Shown: piece after piece, positions 46,136-55,271 of the stretch
Position numbering within the stretch: position 1 is the stretch's first letter
How the letters are laid out: every line of letters starts with the position of its first letter
From: an uncultured Microthrixaceae bacterium
GTDB taxonomy: Bacteria > Actinomycetota > Acidimicrobiia > Acidimicrobiales > Acidimicrobilacustridaceae
Reading direction: 5' to 3'
NCBI GenBank assembly: GCA_963776435.1
Contig: CAVZMK010000006.1
Span: 472,895-536,894 of the forward strand
Length of the DNA: 64,000 nucleotides
Notes under the pieces: model-generated
What the model saw: only the letters and a program-made list of their open reading frames with translations
Told to the model about the DNA's origin: nothing
The model's database searches: none
Position numbers and translations under genes: made by a program

Positions 46136-47478
46136 GTGCCCCGACGCGCCCTGGTGGTGGGCTACGGGGTCACCGGACGGGCGGTCACCCGGGCGCTGCG
46201 GGCGCACGGCAGCGACGTGCTCGTGATCGACGACCATCCCTCGCCCGCCAGCCGGGTGGCAGCAGAATCTTCGGGTGTGGACCTGCTCGACGCTCCGACG
46301 CGCGCGCAACTCGACGACCTCGTCGCGCGGGTCGATGCGCTGTTGCCGAGCCCTGGCGTACCCGACGCCCACCCCGTGTTCGACGCGGCGCGGCGGGCCG
46401 GCGTCGACGTCATGAGCGAGTTCGACCTGGCCCGCGAGTGGGACGACCGACCGCTGGTCGCGGTGACCGGCACCGACGGGAAGACGACGGTCACCACGAT
46501 GGTCACCGACATGCTCGTCGCCTCCGGGCGGCGGGCGCGTTCGGTCGGCAACACCGAGGTTCCGCTGGTCGAGGCCATCGACGACGCCGAGGTCGACGTC
46601 TTCGTCGTCGAGGCCTCGTCGTTCCGGCTCGGCCATACGCAACGCTTCGAGCCGGCCGTGGCCACGTGGCTCAACTTCGCGCCCGACCACCTCGACGGTC
46701 ATCGCTCGCTGGCGGACTACGAGCAGGCCAAGTCGCGGATCTGGTCCGATCTCGGACCCGACCGGGGCGTCGCGGTCGCCAACCTCGACGATCCGACGGT
46801 GATGGCCCATGTCCGTGACGACGTGCGCACCGTGACCTTCGGGCTCGATCGGCCGGCGCAGTTCCATGTCGACGACGGCATGTTGCGGGCCGCCGACGGC
46901 GCCGACCTGGTCGGGGTCGACGAGCTGCCGCGAGCGATGCCGCACGACGTCGCCAACTCGCTGGCCGCTTCGGCGACCGCGCTCGAGGGCGGGGCATCGC
47001 TCGACGGCGTGCGCCACACCCTGCGCACGTTCCACGGCTTGCCGCACCGGGTGAGCCTCGTCGGCACCTGGGCGGGCGTGTCCTGGTTCGACGACTCGAA
47101 GGCGACCACCCCGCAGGCCACCTTGGCGGCCGTGCGCGGCCTCGGCCGCGGCGGTCGCGTGGTGCTCGTGGCCGGCGGTCAGAACAAGGGCCTCGACCTG
47201 TCGGTGCTGGCGACGGTGGCCGGGCGACTGGCCGGCGTAGTGGCCATCGGTACGCGCGTCGAAGGAGATCGCCACCGCGTTCGACGGGCGGGCCGAGGTG
47301 ACCGAGGCCGGCTCGATGGACGCGGCCGTGCGGGCCGCCGCCGGCTTCGCGCGTGCCCGGCGACGACGTGGTGCTGTCGCCGGCCTGCGCGTCGTTCGAC
47401 TGGTACGCCGACTACCGCGAGCGGGGCGACGACTTCGCCGCCGCGGTGCGCCGCTGGCACGAGGAGGCCGTCACATGA
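46136..47478 (+). pseudogene. murD: UDP-N-acetylmuramoylalanine-D-glutamate ligase MurD, 2 frame breaks near the 3' end
   Basis: Most of the gene is in the frame of ORF 45050-48382 (ALVVGYGVTGRA, VAVTGTDGKTTV, HRVSLVG). [19 protein letters not shown] is in the frame of ORF 47298-48551. The tail [26 protein letters not shown]...EEAVT* is in the third frame (hand translation). Breaks are near 47.25 and 47.36 kb. Length 1343 nt = 2 mod 3. Confidence 0.8.
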
Positions 47479-48747
47479 CCCCGTCGACCGGGACCCGCAC
47501 CCCGTCCAGGAGCGCGAACAGGCCGACCGCCCGATCCGCGTCAGGGAACCGGACGACCGGCAAATCGGTAGGGAACCGGACGACCGGCAAATCGGTGGCG
47601 ACCCGCACCCCACGTGGTGCCCGAAAGGGTCGGCGACTCGGCGGGCGTCCCGCCGGACGGCGATCGACCTCGTTCACCATCCTGTTGACCCTGGTCGTCG
47701 TCCTGACCCTCGTCGGTCTGGTCATGGTGTTGTCGGCGTCGTACGCGACGGCGTACTACGAGTACGGGTCGAGCTGGTACCAGTTCAAACGTCAGCTTCT
47801 CTGGGTCGGCCTCGGCATGGTCGCCATGATCGTGATCATGCGGGTCGACTACCGGCGGTGGCGCCGGTACACCAACCTCGGTCTGGTCGTCGCGCTCGGG
47901 TTGATGGTGGCCGTGATGGTTCCCGGTCTCGGCGTCAACGTGAACGGGTCGTCGAGATGGCTCGGCTACGGCGCCATCCGCATCCAGCCGTCCGAGTTCG
48001 CCAAGCTGGCGGTCCTGCTGTTCACCGCCGACCTGCTGGCGCGCCGTGCCGACCGGGTCGACAACCTCAAGCTCACCCTGCGTCCGGTGCTCGTCGTGTT
48101 CGGGGTGTTCGCCGGGTTGCTGATGCTCCAGCCCAACCTCGGAACGACGATCCTGCTCGGGTCGATCGTGTTCGTCATGCTCTTCGTCAGCGGCGTCCCG
48201 GTGAAGCCGCTCGTCGGCTCGTTCGGTGCGGGGACCGTGTTGGCCGTGCTCGCTGCGGTGGCCGAGCCCTACCGGTTCCGGCGGCTCATGGCCTTCATCA
48301 ACCCGTGGAAGGACCCGCAGAACACCGGCTACCAGACCATCCAGTCCCAGATCGCCATCGGCCACGGCGGGGTGACGGGTAGCGGCATCGGCCACAGCAT
48401 CGCCAAGTTCGGCTTCCTGCCCTACGCCCAGACCGACTTCATCTTCGCCATCGTCGCCGACGAGCTCGGCCTCATCGGCGGCGCTCCTGCTGATCGCGCT
48501 CTTCCTCGCCGTGGGCGTGGTCGGTGTGCGCATCGCGCTCGGTGCGCCTGATCGCTTCGGCATGCTGCTGGCGACCGGCATCACGGCCTGGGTGCTCATC
48601 CAGGCCTTCGTCAACATCGGCGCGGTCGTCGGGGTGCTGCCGATCACCGGCGTGCCGCTGCCGTTCGTGTCGTTCGGCGGGTCGTCGCTGGTGGTCGTGC
48701 TGGCGGCCATGGGGATCGAGCTGAGCATCGCCCGCCAGGCGCGCTGA
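47475..48747 (+). pseudogene. ftsW: SEDS-family peptidoglycan glycosyltransferase FtsW, one +1 frame break
   Basis: ATG 47475 overlaps the murD stop (ATGA). The body is in ORF 47298-48551 (IQPSEFAKL, PYAQTDFIFAIVADELG). The last 85 aa are in ORF 48511-48747 (LPITGVPLPFVSFGGSS). The break is near 48479 (ggcg[g]cgct). Length 1273 nt = 1 mod 3. Confidence 0.85.
47544..47597 (+). repeat. 27-bp tandem duplication inside the ftsW 5' region
   Basis: gggaaccggacgaccggcaaatcggta (47544-47570) is followed directly by gggaaccggacgaccggcaaatcggtg (47571-97), a 26/27 match. It encodes GNRTTGKSV twice in the cytoplasmic tail. Confidence 0.9.
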
Positions 48748-48762
48748 TGGTCCGGTGGGCCG

Positions 48763-49911
48763 ATGACCGAGGTGTTCGCGTGCGTCGCCGGTGGCGGTAC
48801 GGGCGGCCACACGCTGCCGGGCCTCGCCATCGCCGAGGCGCTGGTCGCGGCGGGCCACGACCGGTCGACCATCCACTTCGTCGGCGGCACCGTCGGACCG
48901 GAGCGCACGCTGGTGCCGGACGCCGGGTTTCGGGCTCACGATGCTGCCGGGCCGCGGGATCCCGAGGCGCGTCTCGCTCGAGAGCCTCCGCGCCGCGCTC
49001 GGCGTCGTGCGCGGCGTATGGGCCGGCATCGTGGCTCATGCGACGCATGCGACCTCGCGTGGTCGTCGTGCTCGGCGGCTACGCCTCCGTGCCCTGCACC
49101 GTCGGTGCCATCCTCTGGCGGCTGCCGATGGTCGTCACCGAGCAGAACGCGCGGGCGAGCGCGGCGAACCGACTGGCCGGCCGGTTCGCCAAGGCGTGTG
49201 CGGTGCCGTTCGAGGGCACCGACCTCCCACGGGCGGTCGTCACCGGCAACCCGGTGCGTCCGGAGATCCTCGCCGTCGACCGCGCCCGCGATCGCGACGA
49301 CGCGCCGGGCCGAGCTCGGCCTGCCCGCCGATCGGCGTGGTCGTGGCGGTCTTCAGCGGCTCGCTCGGGTCGACCCGGGTCAACGAGGCGGTCGCGGGTC
49401 TGGCCGAGCGCTGGCGCGCCCGGTCCGACGTCGCGATCCGCCACGCGGTCGGGGCCCGCGACTGGGACGCGTCGGGTGACGGCGCATCGCCTCCGTCCGA
49501 CGACCGGTCGGCCTCCGGCGACGCGCCTGAGCGGGCTCGTCTACCAGCGCGTCCGCTACGAGGACCACGTCGAGCGCCTGCTACGCCGCAGCCGACGTGT
49601 TCGTGGGCCGAGCCGGCGGCTCGACGGTGGCCGAGCTCACGACGGTCGGCCTCGGCTCGGTGCTCGTCCCCCTGCCGATCGCCACCCGCGACCACCAGAC
49701 GGCCAACGCCGAGGCCCTCGTCGCGGTCGGGGCGGCGGTGCGGATGCCCGACGCCGAGCTCGATGCCGACCGCCTCGACGCCGTGCTCTCCCCCCTCCTG
49801 GCCGAGCCGGGCAGACTGGACGCCATGGCCGCCGCCGCCCACCGCCTGGCCCACCCCGATGCGGCGGCGCGGGTGGCGGCGCTGGCCGAGGAGCACGCCC
49901 GTCGTGGCTGA
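48763..49911 (+). pseudogene. murG: MurG (lipid II synthase, GT28), 6 frame breaks
   Basis: The protein can be followed through the frames of ORFs 48763 (FACVAGGGTGGHTLPGLAIAEAL), 48791 (GLTMLPGRGIPRR), 48747 (VVVLGGYASVPCTVGA...VVTEQNA), 48763, 48791 (VAVFSGSLGSTRVNEAV), 48747 and 49597 (FVGRAGGSTVAELTTVG...TRDHQTANA). Each step is +1. Length 1149 nt = 0 mod 3. Confidence 0.8.
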
Positions 49912-51358
49912 GTCGACCGTCCTGGACCTGTCGCGCCCGCGAGCGCATCCACGTCGTCGGCATCGGCGGCGCCGGCATGAGCGCGATCGCGACCGTGCTG
50001 GCCGCCATGGGTCACCAGGTGTCGGGCAGCGACCTCGAAGAGCTCGGCCAGCCTCGAGCGGCTCCGGTCGCTCGGCGTCACCGTCACGGTCGGCCACGAC
50101 GCCGCCAACCTGCCCGACGCCGCTCGACGCGGTGACGGTCTCGACCGCCATCCCCGCCGACGAACCCGGAGGTCGTCGCGGCGCGGGAGCGGGGGATCGC
50201 CGTGCTGCGCCGGGCCGAGACGCTCGCGGCCATCGCCGCGACGCGCCAGACGGTCGCGGTCGCGGGCACGCACGGCAAGACGACGACGTCGTCGATGCTC
50301 GCGCTCGGTGTTGAGCGAGGCCGGATTCCATCCGTCGTTCATCATCGGTGGCGATGTGAACGAGATCGGCACCGGCGCGGTCTGGGACGACCTGGGCGAG
50401 CTGTTCGTGGTCGAGGCCGACGAGAGCGACGGCACCTTCCTCGAGCTGCCGCGCGCGGCAGCGGTCGTCACCAACGTCGAGCCCGACCACCTCGAGCACT
50501 ACGGCGGGTTCGCCCCGCTGCGCGACGCATTCGCGCGGTTCCTGGCCGAGACGCCCGGTCCGTGCGTGACCTGCGCGGACGACACGCTGGCCGCCGAGCT
50601 GGGCCGGGCCGCGGGCGCCGTCACCTACGGCACCGTCGGACGATGCCGACTACCGCATGGACGATCTGGCCTGCGGGCGGAGCAGCTCGGGCTTCACGCT
50701 CCACCACGACGGCACCGAGCTCGGGCGCATCGAGCTGCCCGATCGCCGGCGCGCACAACGCCCGCAACGCGGCCGCGGCCGTCGTCACCGCGCTCGAGCT
50801 GGGTGCACCCTTCGAGGCCGCCCGTGCCGCCCTGGCCCGCTTCGCCGGGGTCGCCCGTCGTTTCGAGCACCGCGGCGAGGTGGCCGGCATCACGTTCATC
50901 GACGACTACGCCCACCTGCCGACCGAGGTGGCCGCCGCGCTCGTCGGCCGCCCGGGCCGGCGACTGGGGCCGGGTCGTGTGCATCTTCCAGCCGCACCGC
51001 TACAGCCGCACCGCCGCGCTGTGGGCCGAGTTCGCCGGTGCCTTCGGCGACGCCGACCTGCTGGCGGTCACCGACATCTATCCCGCCGGCGAGGCGCCCC
51101 GGCCCGGCGTCTCGGGCAAGCTCGTCGCCCAGGCGGTGCTCGACGCCCATCCGTGGCGACGCCTGGCCTACCTGCCCCGTCGCCCCGACCTGGTCGCGCT
51201 ACCTCGGCCGGGAGCTGCGCCCCGGCGACCTGTGCCTCACCCTCGGGGCCGGCGACCTCACGTCGCTGCCCGAGGACGTGCAGGAGCAGCTCCACCCCTC
51301 GGTGGTCGTGGCCCAGCCTGCGGGTCGCGGCGGTCCGCGACACCTCGACGCCAGGTGA
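49904..51358 (+). pseudogene. murC: UDP-N-acetylmuramate-L-alanine ligase MurC, 9 frame breaks
   Basis: GTG 49904. IHVVGIGGAGMSAIATVLAAMGHQVSGSD is in the ORF 48747 frame and AVAGTHGKTTTSSMLAL in ORF 50202. SFIIGGDVNE...VVEADESDGTFL...VTNVEPDHLEHY is in ORF 50308 and FIDDYAHLPTEV in ORF 50202. VCIFQPHRYSRT is in ORF 50308. The end, LTLGAGDLTSL...*, is in ORF 50657. Nine junctions are seen and all are +1. Length 1455 nt = 0 mod 3. Confidence 0.8.
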
Positions 51359-52290
51359 GCGACCGCCTCGCTCTGGTCGCGGAGCGGCTCGGGGACCGGG
51401 CCCGGGCCGACGTGTCGCTGGCCGGCTCGACCACCTACCGCGTCGGGTGGCGCGGCCGCGCTCTGGGTCCGCATCGACGACGAGGACGACCCTCGACGGC
51501 GGTGACCGCGGCGGTGTGCGGCTCGGGCGTCGACGTGCTGGTGGTCGGGCGGGGATCGAACCTGCTCGTGGCCGACGCCGGCTTCGACGGCCTGGCCGTC
51601 GTGCTGGGGGAGGGCTTCGCCGAGGTCGAGGTCTCGGGGACGACGGTCACGGCGGGTGGCGCCGCCCTGCTCCCGGTGGTGGCGCGCCGCACCGCCGCGG
51701 CCGGTTTGACCGGTTTCGAATGGGCGGTCGGTGTGCCCGGATCGATCGGTGGGGCGGTGCGGATGAACGCCGGCGGGCACGGCTCGGACATGGCCCGGGT
51801 GCTCACCGGGGTCCGCGTGCTCGACCTTGCCAACGGCGAGGATGGGTGGGTGCCCGCCGAGCTCCTCGACCTCTCGTACCGGCACTCGTCGCTCGGCGCG
51901 TCCCAGCTCGTGATCCGCGCCGATCTCGGTCTTCGAGCTGGCGACGTCGCCAGGTCCGAAGCCGAGATCGCCGACATCGTCAGGTGGCGCCGCGACCACC
52001 AGCCGGGCGGGCCGAACGCCGGCTCGGTGTTCACCAACCCACCGGGGGACTCGGCCGGCCGGCTCGTCGAGGCGGCCGGGGCCAAGGGCCTGCGGGTCGG
52101 CACCGCCGAGGTCTCGACGAAGCACGCCAACTTCATCCAGGCCGACGACGGGGGTCGGGCCGACGACGTGCTGGCGCTGATGATCGAGGTCCAGCGCCGG
52201 GTGCTCGACGCCACCGGGGTCCGCCTCGCGCCCGAGACCCGGCTCGTCGGCTTCGGTACCAACTCTCGACCTCTGATCGAGGGTTCGTGA
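51355..52290 (+). CDS. murB: UDP-N-acetylenolpyruvoylglucosamine reductase MurB (ORF open, but a roughly 50-nt internal stretch is out of frame)
   Basis: In ORF-track 50308-52290. GTG 51355 overlaps the murC stop (GTGA). Blocks present: GRGSNLLV, GVPGSIGGAVRMNAGGHG, AGSVFTNP. Between about 51445 and 51500 the better match (RVGGAAALWVRIDDEDD) lies in another frame, which implies three +1 insertions that cancel. Confidence 0.8.
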   Translation: MSDRLALVAERLGDRARADVSLAGSTTYRVGWRGRALGPHRRRGRPSTAVTAAVCGSGVDVLVVGRGSNLLVADAGFDGLAVVLGEGFAEVEVSGTTVTAGGAALLPVVARRTAAAGLTGFEWAVGVPGSIGGAVRMNAGGHGSDMARVLTGVRVLDLANGEDGWVPAELLDLSYRHSSLGASQLVIRADLGLRAGDVARSEAEIADIVRWRRDHQPGGPNAGSVFTNPPGDSAGRLVEAAGAKGLRVGTAEVSTKHANFIQADDGGRADDVLALMIEVQRRVLDATGVRLAPETRLVGFGTNSRPLIEGS

Positions 52291-53105
52291 CCCAGACCCT
52301 CGACACCCGACCCGGGCCGCCCGGCGAGCGCGCCGATGACCGGTCCGGCGAGGTCGACCCCCGGATCCAGGCTCGCCGTGACCTGGTCGCGCAGGAGGGC
52401 CAGACCCGGCGTCGGCGCCGCCTGATCGTCGTCGCGGCCGTGGTCGGTGTCCTGGCCGTGGCCTGGGTTGTGACCCACAGCCCGCTGCTGGCCGTGCACA
52501 AGGTCGTGGCCGTCGGCACGCCGCACGTACCGGCGCGAGCCGTCATCGCGGCGGCGGGCATCCACAACGGCCAGCACCTGCTCGACGTCGACGAGGGCGC
52601 CGCCCGGGCGAAGCTGCTCGCGCTGCCATGGGTGGCCGACGCCCGGGTCGACGTGTCCTGGCAGGGGACAGCCCGATTGCGCGTCACCGAGCGCACCGCC
52701 GTGGCGGCGGTCGTGGCCGGGCCGAGGCGCTGGGTGCTGATCGACGCCAAGGGCCGCGCCCTCGCCCGCGTGGCCGCGGTGCGACCGACGATGCTGGTCG
52801 TCTCGGGTCTCGCGGCCGTGTCGCCCGGCGCGTCGTTCGGCCCGGCCGTGGCGGCGCCGCTCCAGGTGATCGCCGCGCTCCACCCCGCGATGCGCAGCCG
52901 GGTGGCCGGGATCCTCGTCGCCCGCGACGGATCCATCCTGCTCCGCCTGCGGTCGGGGGGACTGGCGCAGCTCTGCCAGCCCGTCGACGTTGCCGCCAAG
53001 CTGGCCAGCCTCACGACGGTGTTCGCCCACGTCGACGACCAGGGCATCAAGGTGGTCAACGTGTGCATCGCCGATTCGCCGACCATCGAGCGGGTTGGGG
53101 CATGA
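52287..53105 (+). CDS. ftsQ: cell division protein FtsQ (POTRA domain)
   Basis: In ORF-track 50202-53105. GTG 52287 overlaps the murB stop (GTGA). It has one TM (LIVVAAVVGVLAVAWVV) and a POTRA-like segment VHKVVAVGTPHVPARAVIAAAGI. Assigned partly by its position before ftsZ. Confidence 0.7.
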   Translation: MTQTLDTRPGPPGERADDRSGEVDPRIQARRDLVAQEGQTRRRRRLIVVAAVVGVLAVAWVVTHSPLLAVHKVVAVGTPHVPARAVIAAAGIHNGQHLLDVDEGAARAKLLALPWVADARVDVSWQGTARLRVTERTAVAAVVAGPRRWVLIDAKGRALARVAAVRPTMLVVSGLAAVSPGASFGPAVAAPLQVIAALHPAMRSRVAGILVARDGSILLRLRSGGLAQLCQPVDVAAKLASLTTVFAHVDDQGIKVVNVCIADSPTIERVGA

Positions 53106-53147
53106 GCGCGCTGGGCCCGCCAGATGTGCCGGCCGGCGGCTCTGGTG

Positions 53148-53177
53148 TTGACCTGGATGGAAACGACCTCCTAATCT
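53148..53177 (+). promoter_or_regulatory. candidate sigma-70-type promoter upstream of ftsZ
   Basis: TTGACC (53148-53153), an 18-nt spacer, then TAATCT (53172-53177), within the lowest-GC stretch of the ftsQ-ftsZ gap. A 10-bp-stem hairpin, ctgaggttga/tcaacctcag, follows at 53190-53217. Confidence 0.3.
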
Positions 53178-53429
53178 GTCAACCGCAATCTGAGGTTGAC
53201 ATAACTCTCAACCTCAGGTCGAGGGTTCGCATCGGTCGGAGCTCGGGTCGTCGTCCAGGTGATCGCAGAGGTGCGGTCGATGCCTGAGCGGCCCCCGACG
53301 GATCGACTGTTCGACCTCGACAACCTCTCCGGTCCCCGGCCCCCCGCACCTGATCCGACCAATCATCCGCCGTCCCGTCCGACCCGAGCCCCACGTCCTG
53401 CGCCCAGCACCCCGGAGGTAGCCAGCGCC

Positions 53430-54539
53430 ATGTCCGGCAACCCACAGAACTACCTGGCGGTCATCAAGGTCGTCGGCATCGGCGGCGGAGGCGTCAACGC
53501 GGTCAACCGCATGATCGACGCCGGGCTGAAGGGCGTCGAGTTCATCGCCGTCAACACCGACGCGCAGGCGCTGCTGATGAGCGACGCCGACGTCAAGCTC
53601 GACATCGGCCGTGAGCTGACCCGTGGGCTCGGTGCCGGCTCCGATCCGGAGATCGGCCAGCAGGCGGCCGAGGAGCATCGCGACGAGATCGAAGAGGTGC
53701 TGAAGGGCGCTGACATGGTCTTCCTCACCGCCGGCAAGGGCGGTGGTACCGGTACCGGTGCGGCGCCGGTGCTGGCCGAGGTCGCCAAGAGCCTCGGCGC
53801 GCTCACCATCGGGGTCGTGACCCGGCCATTCGGCTTCGAGGGTCGCCGCCGTTCGGTGCAGGCCGAGACGGGCATCCAGAAGCTGAAGGAGAAGGTCGAC
53901 ACCCTCATCGTCATCCCGAACGACCGGTTGCTGACCGTGTCCAACGAGAAGACGTCGGTGCTCAACGCCTTCAAGATGGCCGACGAGGTGCTGCTCCAGG
54001 GTGTGCAGGGCATCACCGACCTGATCACGACCCCCGGCCTCATCAACACCGACTTCGCCGACGTGAAGATGATCATGAGCGACGCCGGCTCTGCCCTCAT
54101 GGGCATCGGCTACGGCTCCGGCGAGGGCCGAGCCCTCAACGCCGCCCGGGCTGCCATCTCGAGCCCGCTGCTCGAGGCCTCGATCGAGGGCGCCCGGGGC
54201 ATCCTGCTCACCATCGCCGGTGGCACCGACCTCGGGCTGTTCGAGGTCAACGAGGCGGCCGAGGTCATCCACGGCGTGGCCCACCCCGACGCCAACATCA
54301 TCTTCGGCACGGTCATCGACGACGAGATGGGCGACGAGGTCCGGGTGACCGTGATCGCCGCCGGCTTCGACCGCTGGGACGATCCCAAGGCTCGCGCCGA
54401 CGACGCCGTCTCTTCGGGACGCGCCCGCCGTGGCGATCTCGAGCCGGTCACCGACGTCTTCGGCGGCGCCGACGACGACGATCTCGACATCGGCGACGAA
54501 GGCGACGACGACTTCGACGTCCCGTCCTTCCTGAAGTAA
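53430..54539 (+). CDS. ftsZ: cell division protein FtsZ
   Basis: In ORF-track 53259-54539. ATG 53430 is preceded by GGAGG (53414-53418). Blocks present: [17 protein letters not shown], the tubulin signature [11 protein letters not shown], and the C-terminal [10 protein letters not shown]. The Pro-rich upstream extension is probably not translated. Confidence 0.95.
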   Translation: MSGNPQNYLAVIKVVGIGGGGVNAVNRMIDAGLKGVEFIAVNTDAQALLMSDADVKLDIGRELTRGLGAGSDPEIGQQAAEEHRDEIEEVLKGADMVFLTAGKGGGTGTGAAPVLAEVAKSLGALTIGVVTRPFGFEGRRRSVQAETGIQKLKEKVDTLIVIPNDRLLTVSNEKTSVLNAFKMADEVLLQGVQGITDLITTPGLINTDFADVKMIMSDAGSALMGIGYGSGEGRALNAARAAISSPLLEASIEGARGILLTIAGGTDLGLFEVNEAAEVIHGVAHPDANIIFGTVIDDEMGDEVRVTVIAAGFDRWDDPKARADDAVSSGRARRGDLEPVTDVFGGADDDDLDIGDEGDDDFDVPSFLK

Positions 54540-54617
54540 CCCGGTCGCCCCACCCCGGTCGCCGCGACGACGCGCCGCTCGTATGGCCGTGGCTCGCGGG
54601 CTCGTAACCTGAGCGCC

Positions 54618-55271
54618 GTGGCCACGTTCCGCACGACGACCCGGGCCGACGGCGACTTCGCCATCGACGCCGAGCCGGTCGGCTTGGCGTCGCGGCGTCA
54701 GGCCGTCGTCGACCGGCCATGGGTCTGGTTGCGCCAGGTGCACGGGACCGAGGTGGTGATCGTCACGGCCGAGAACGCGGAGGACGTCCGCGGCACCCGG
54801 GCCGACGTGCTCGTCACGGCCGAGCCTGGCATCGCATTGGCGATCCAGACCGCCGACTGCGCACCGGTCGTCCTGCTGGGCGAGCACGGCGTCATCGGCA
54901 TCGCGCATGCCGGATGGCGGGGGCTGGAGGCGGGGGTGATCGACGCGGCCGTCGAGGCCATGGTGGGGCTCGGCGCCGGGTCGATCGCGGCATCGATCGG
55001 TCCCCATGTCGGACCTGAGTGCTACGAGTTCGGCCCGTCCGAACTCGACCGGCTCGCCGACCAATTCGGAGACGAGGTGCGCTCGACCACCGCGGACGGT
55101 TCCCCAGCTCTCGACGTCGGGGCGATGGCCCGCGTCGCCCTCGAACGGGCCGGCGTGACCGACATCGCCTGGTCGGGCGAGTGCACCGCCTGCCATCCTG
55201 ATCAGTGGTTCTCCCACCGGGCCCGGGGCGAGACGGAGCGGATGGCCACCGTGGTGTGGCGCGAGCCGTGA
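54618..55271 (+). CDS. pgeF: YfiH/PgeF (DUF152) purine nucleoside phosphorylase / peptidoglycan editing factor family
   Basis: ORF-track 54618-55271, 217 aa. Motifs present: LRQVHGTEV, QTADCAPVVL, IAHAGWRG, CTAC. Confidence 0.8.
   Translation: MATFRTTTRADGDFAIDAEPVGLASRRQAVVDRPWVWLRQVHGTEVVIVTAENAEDVRGTRADVLVTAEPGIALAIQTADCAPVVLLGEHGVIGIAHAGWRGLEAGVIDAAVEAMVGLGAGSIAASIGPHVGPECYEFGPSELDRLADQFGDEVRSTTADGSPALDVGAMARVALERAGVTDIAWSGECTACHPDQWFSHRARGETERMATVVWREP

Noticed and set aside
45050-48382. Very long ORFs in the track that could be giant fusion proteins: 45050-48382 (1110 aa), 14586-18047 (1153 aa), 18364-20991 (875 aa), 50202-53105 (967 aa) and 40805-43651 (948 aa).
   Set aside because: Each is a read-through of one frame across several real genes. 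Stop codons are rare in DNA this GC-rich. Recognisable domains occupy only parts of them. The real gene boundaries are marked by overlapping stop/start codons (ATGA/GTGA) and Shine-Dalgarno sequences.
48763-51358. Genuine pseudogenisation of murG/murC and other mur/fts genes, implying a wall-less or degenerating lineage.
   Set aside because: Every junction whose direction I traced is a +1 step, and the gene-length remainders agree for the rest. The affected genes otherwise retain perfectly conserved motifs and high GC3. Neighbouring dcw genes (ftsI, mraY, ftsQ, ftsZ) are intact. Real decay would show mixed indels, stops and substitutions. A technical origin is much more likely, pending read-level checks.
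53259-53429. N-terminal extensions of FtsZ (from 53259) and RsmH (from 39544), as given by the ORF track.
   Set aside because: The extensions are Pro/Thr/Arg low-complexity sequence with many A/T-ending codons. FtsZ has a GGAGG correctly spaced before ATG 53430. Conserved sequence starts only after the internal starts.
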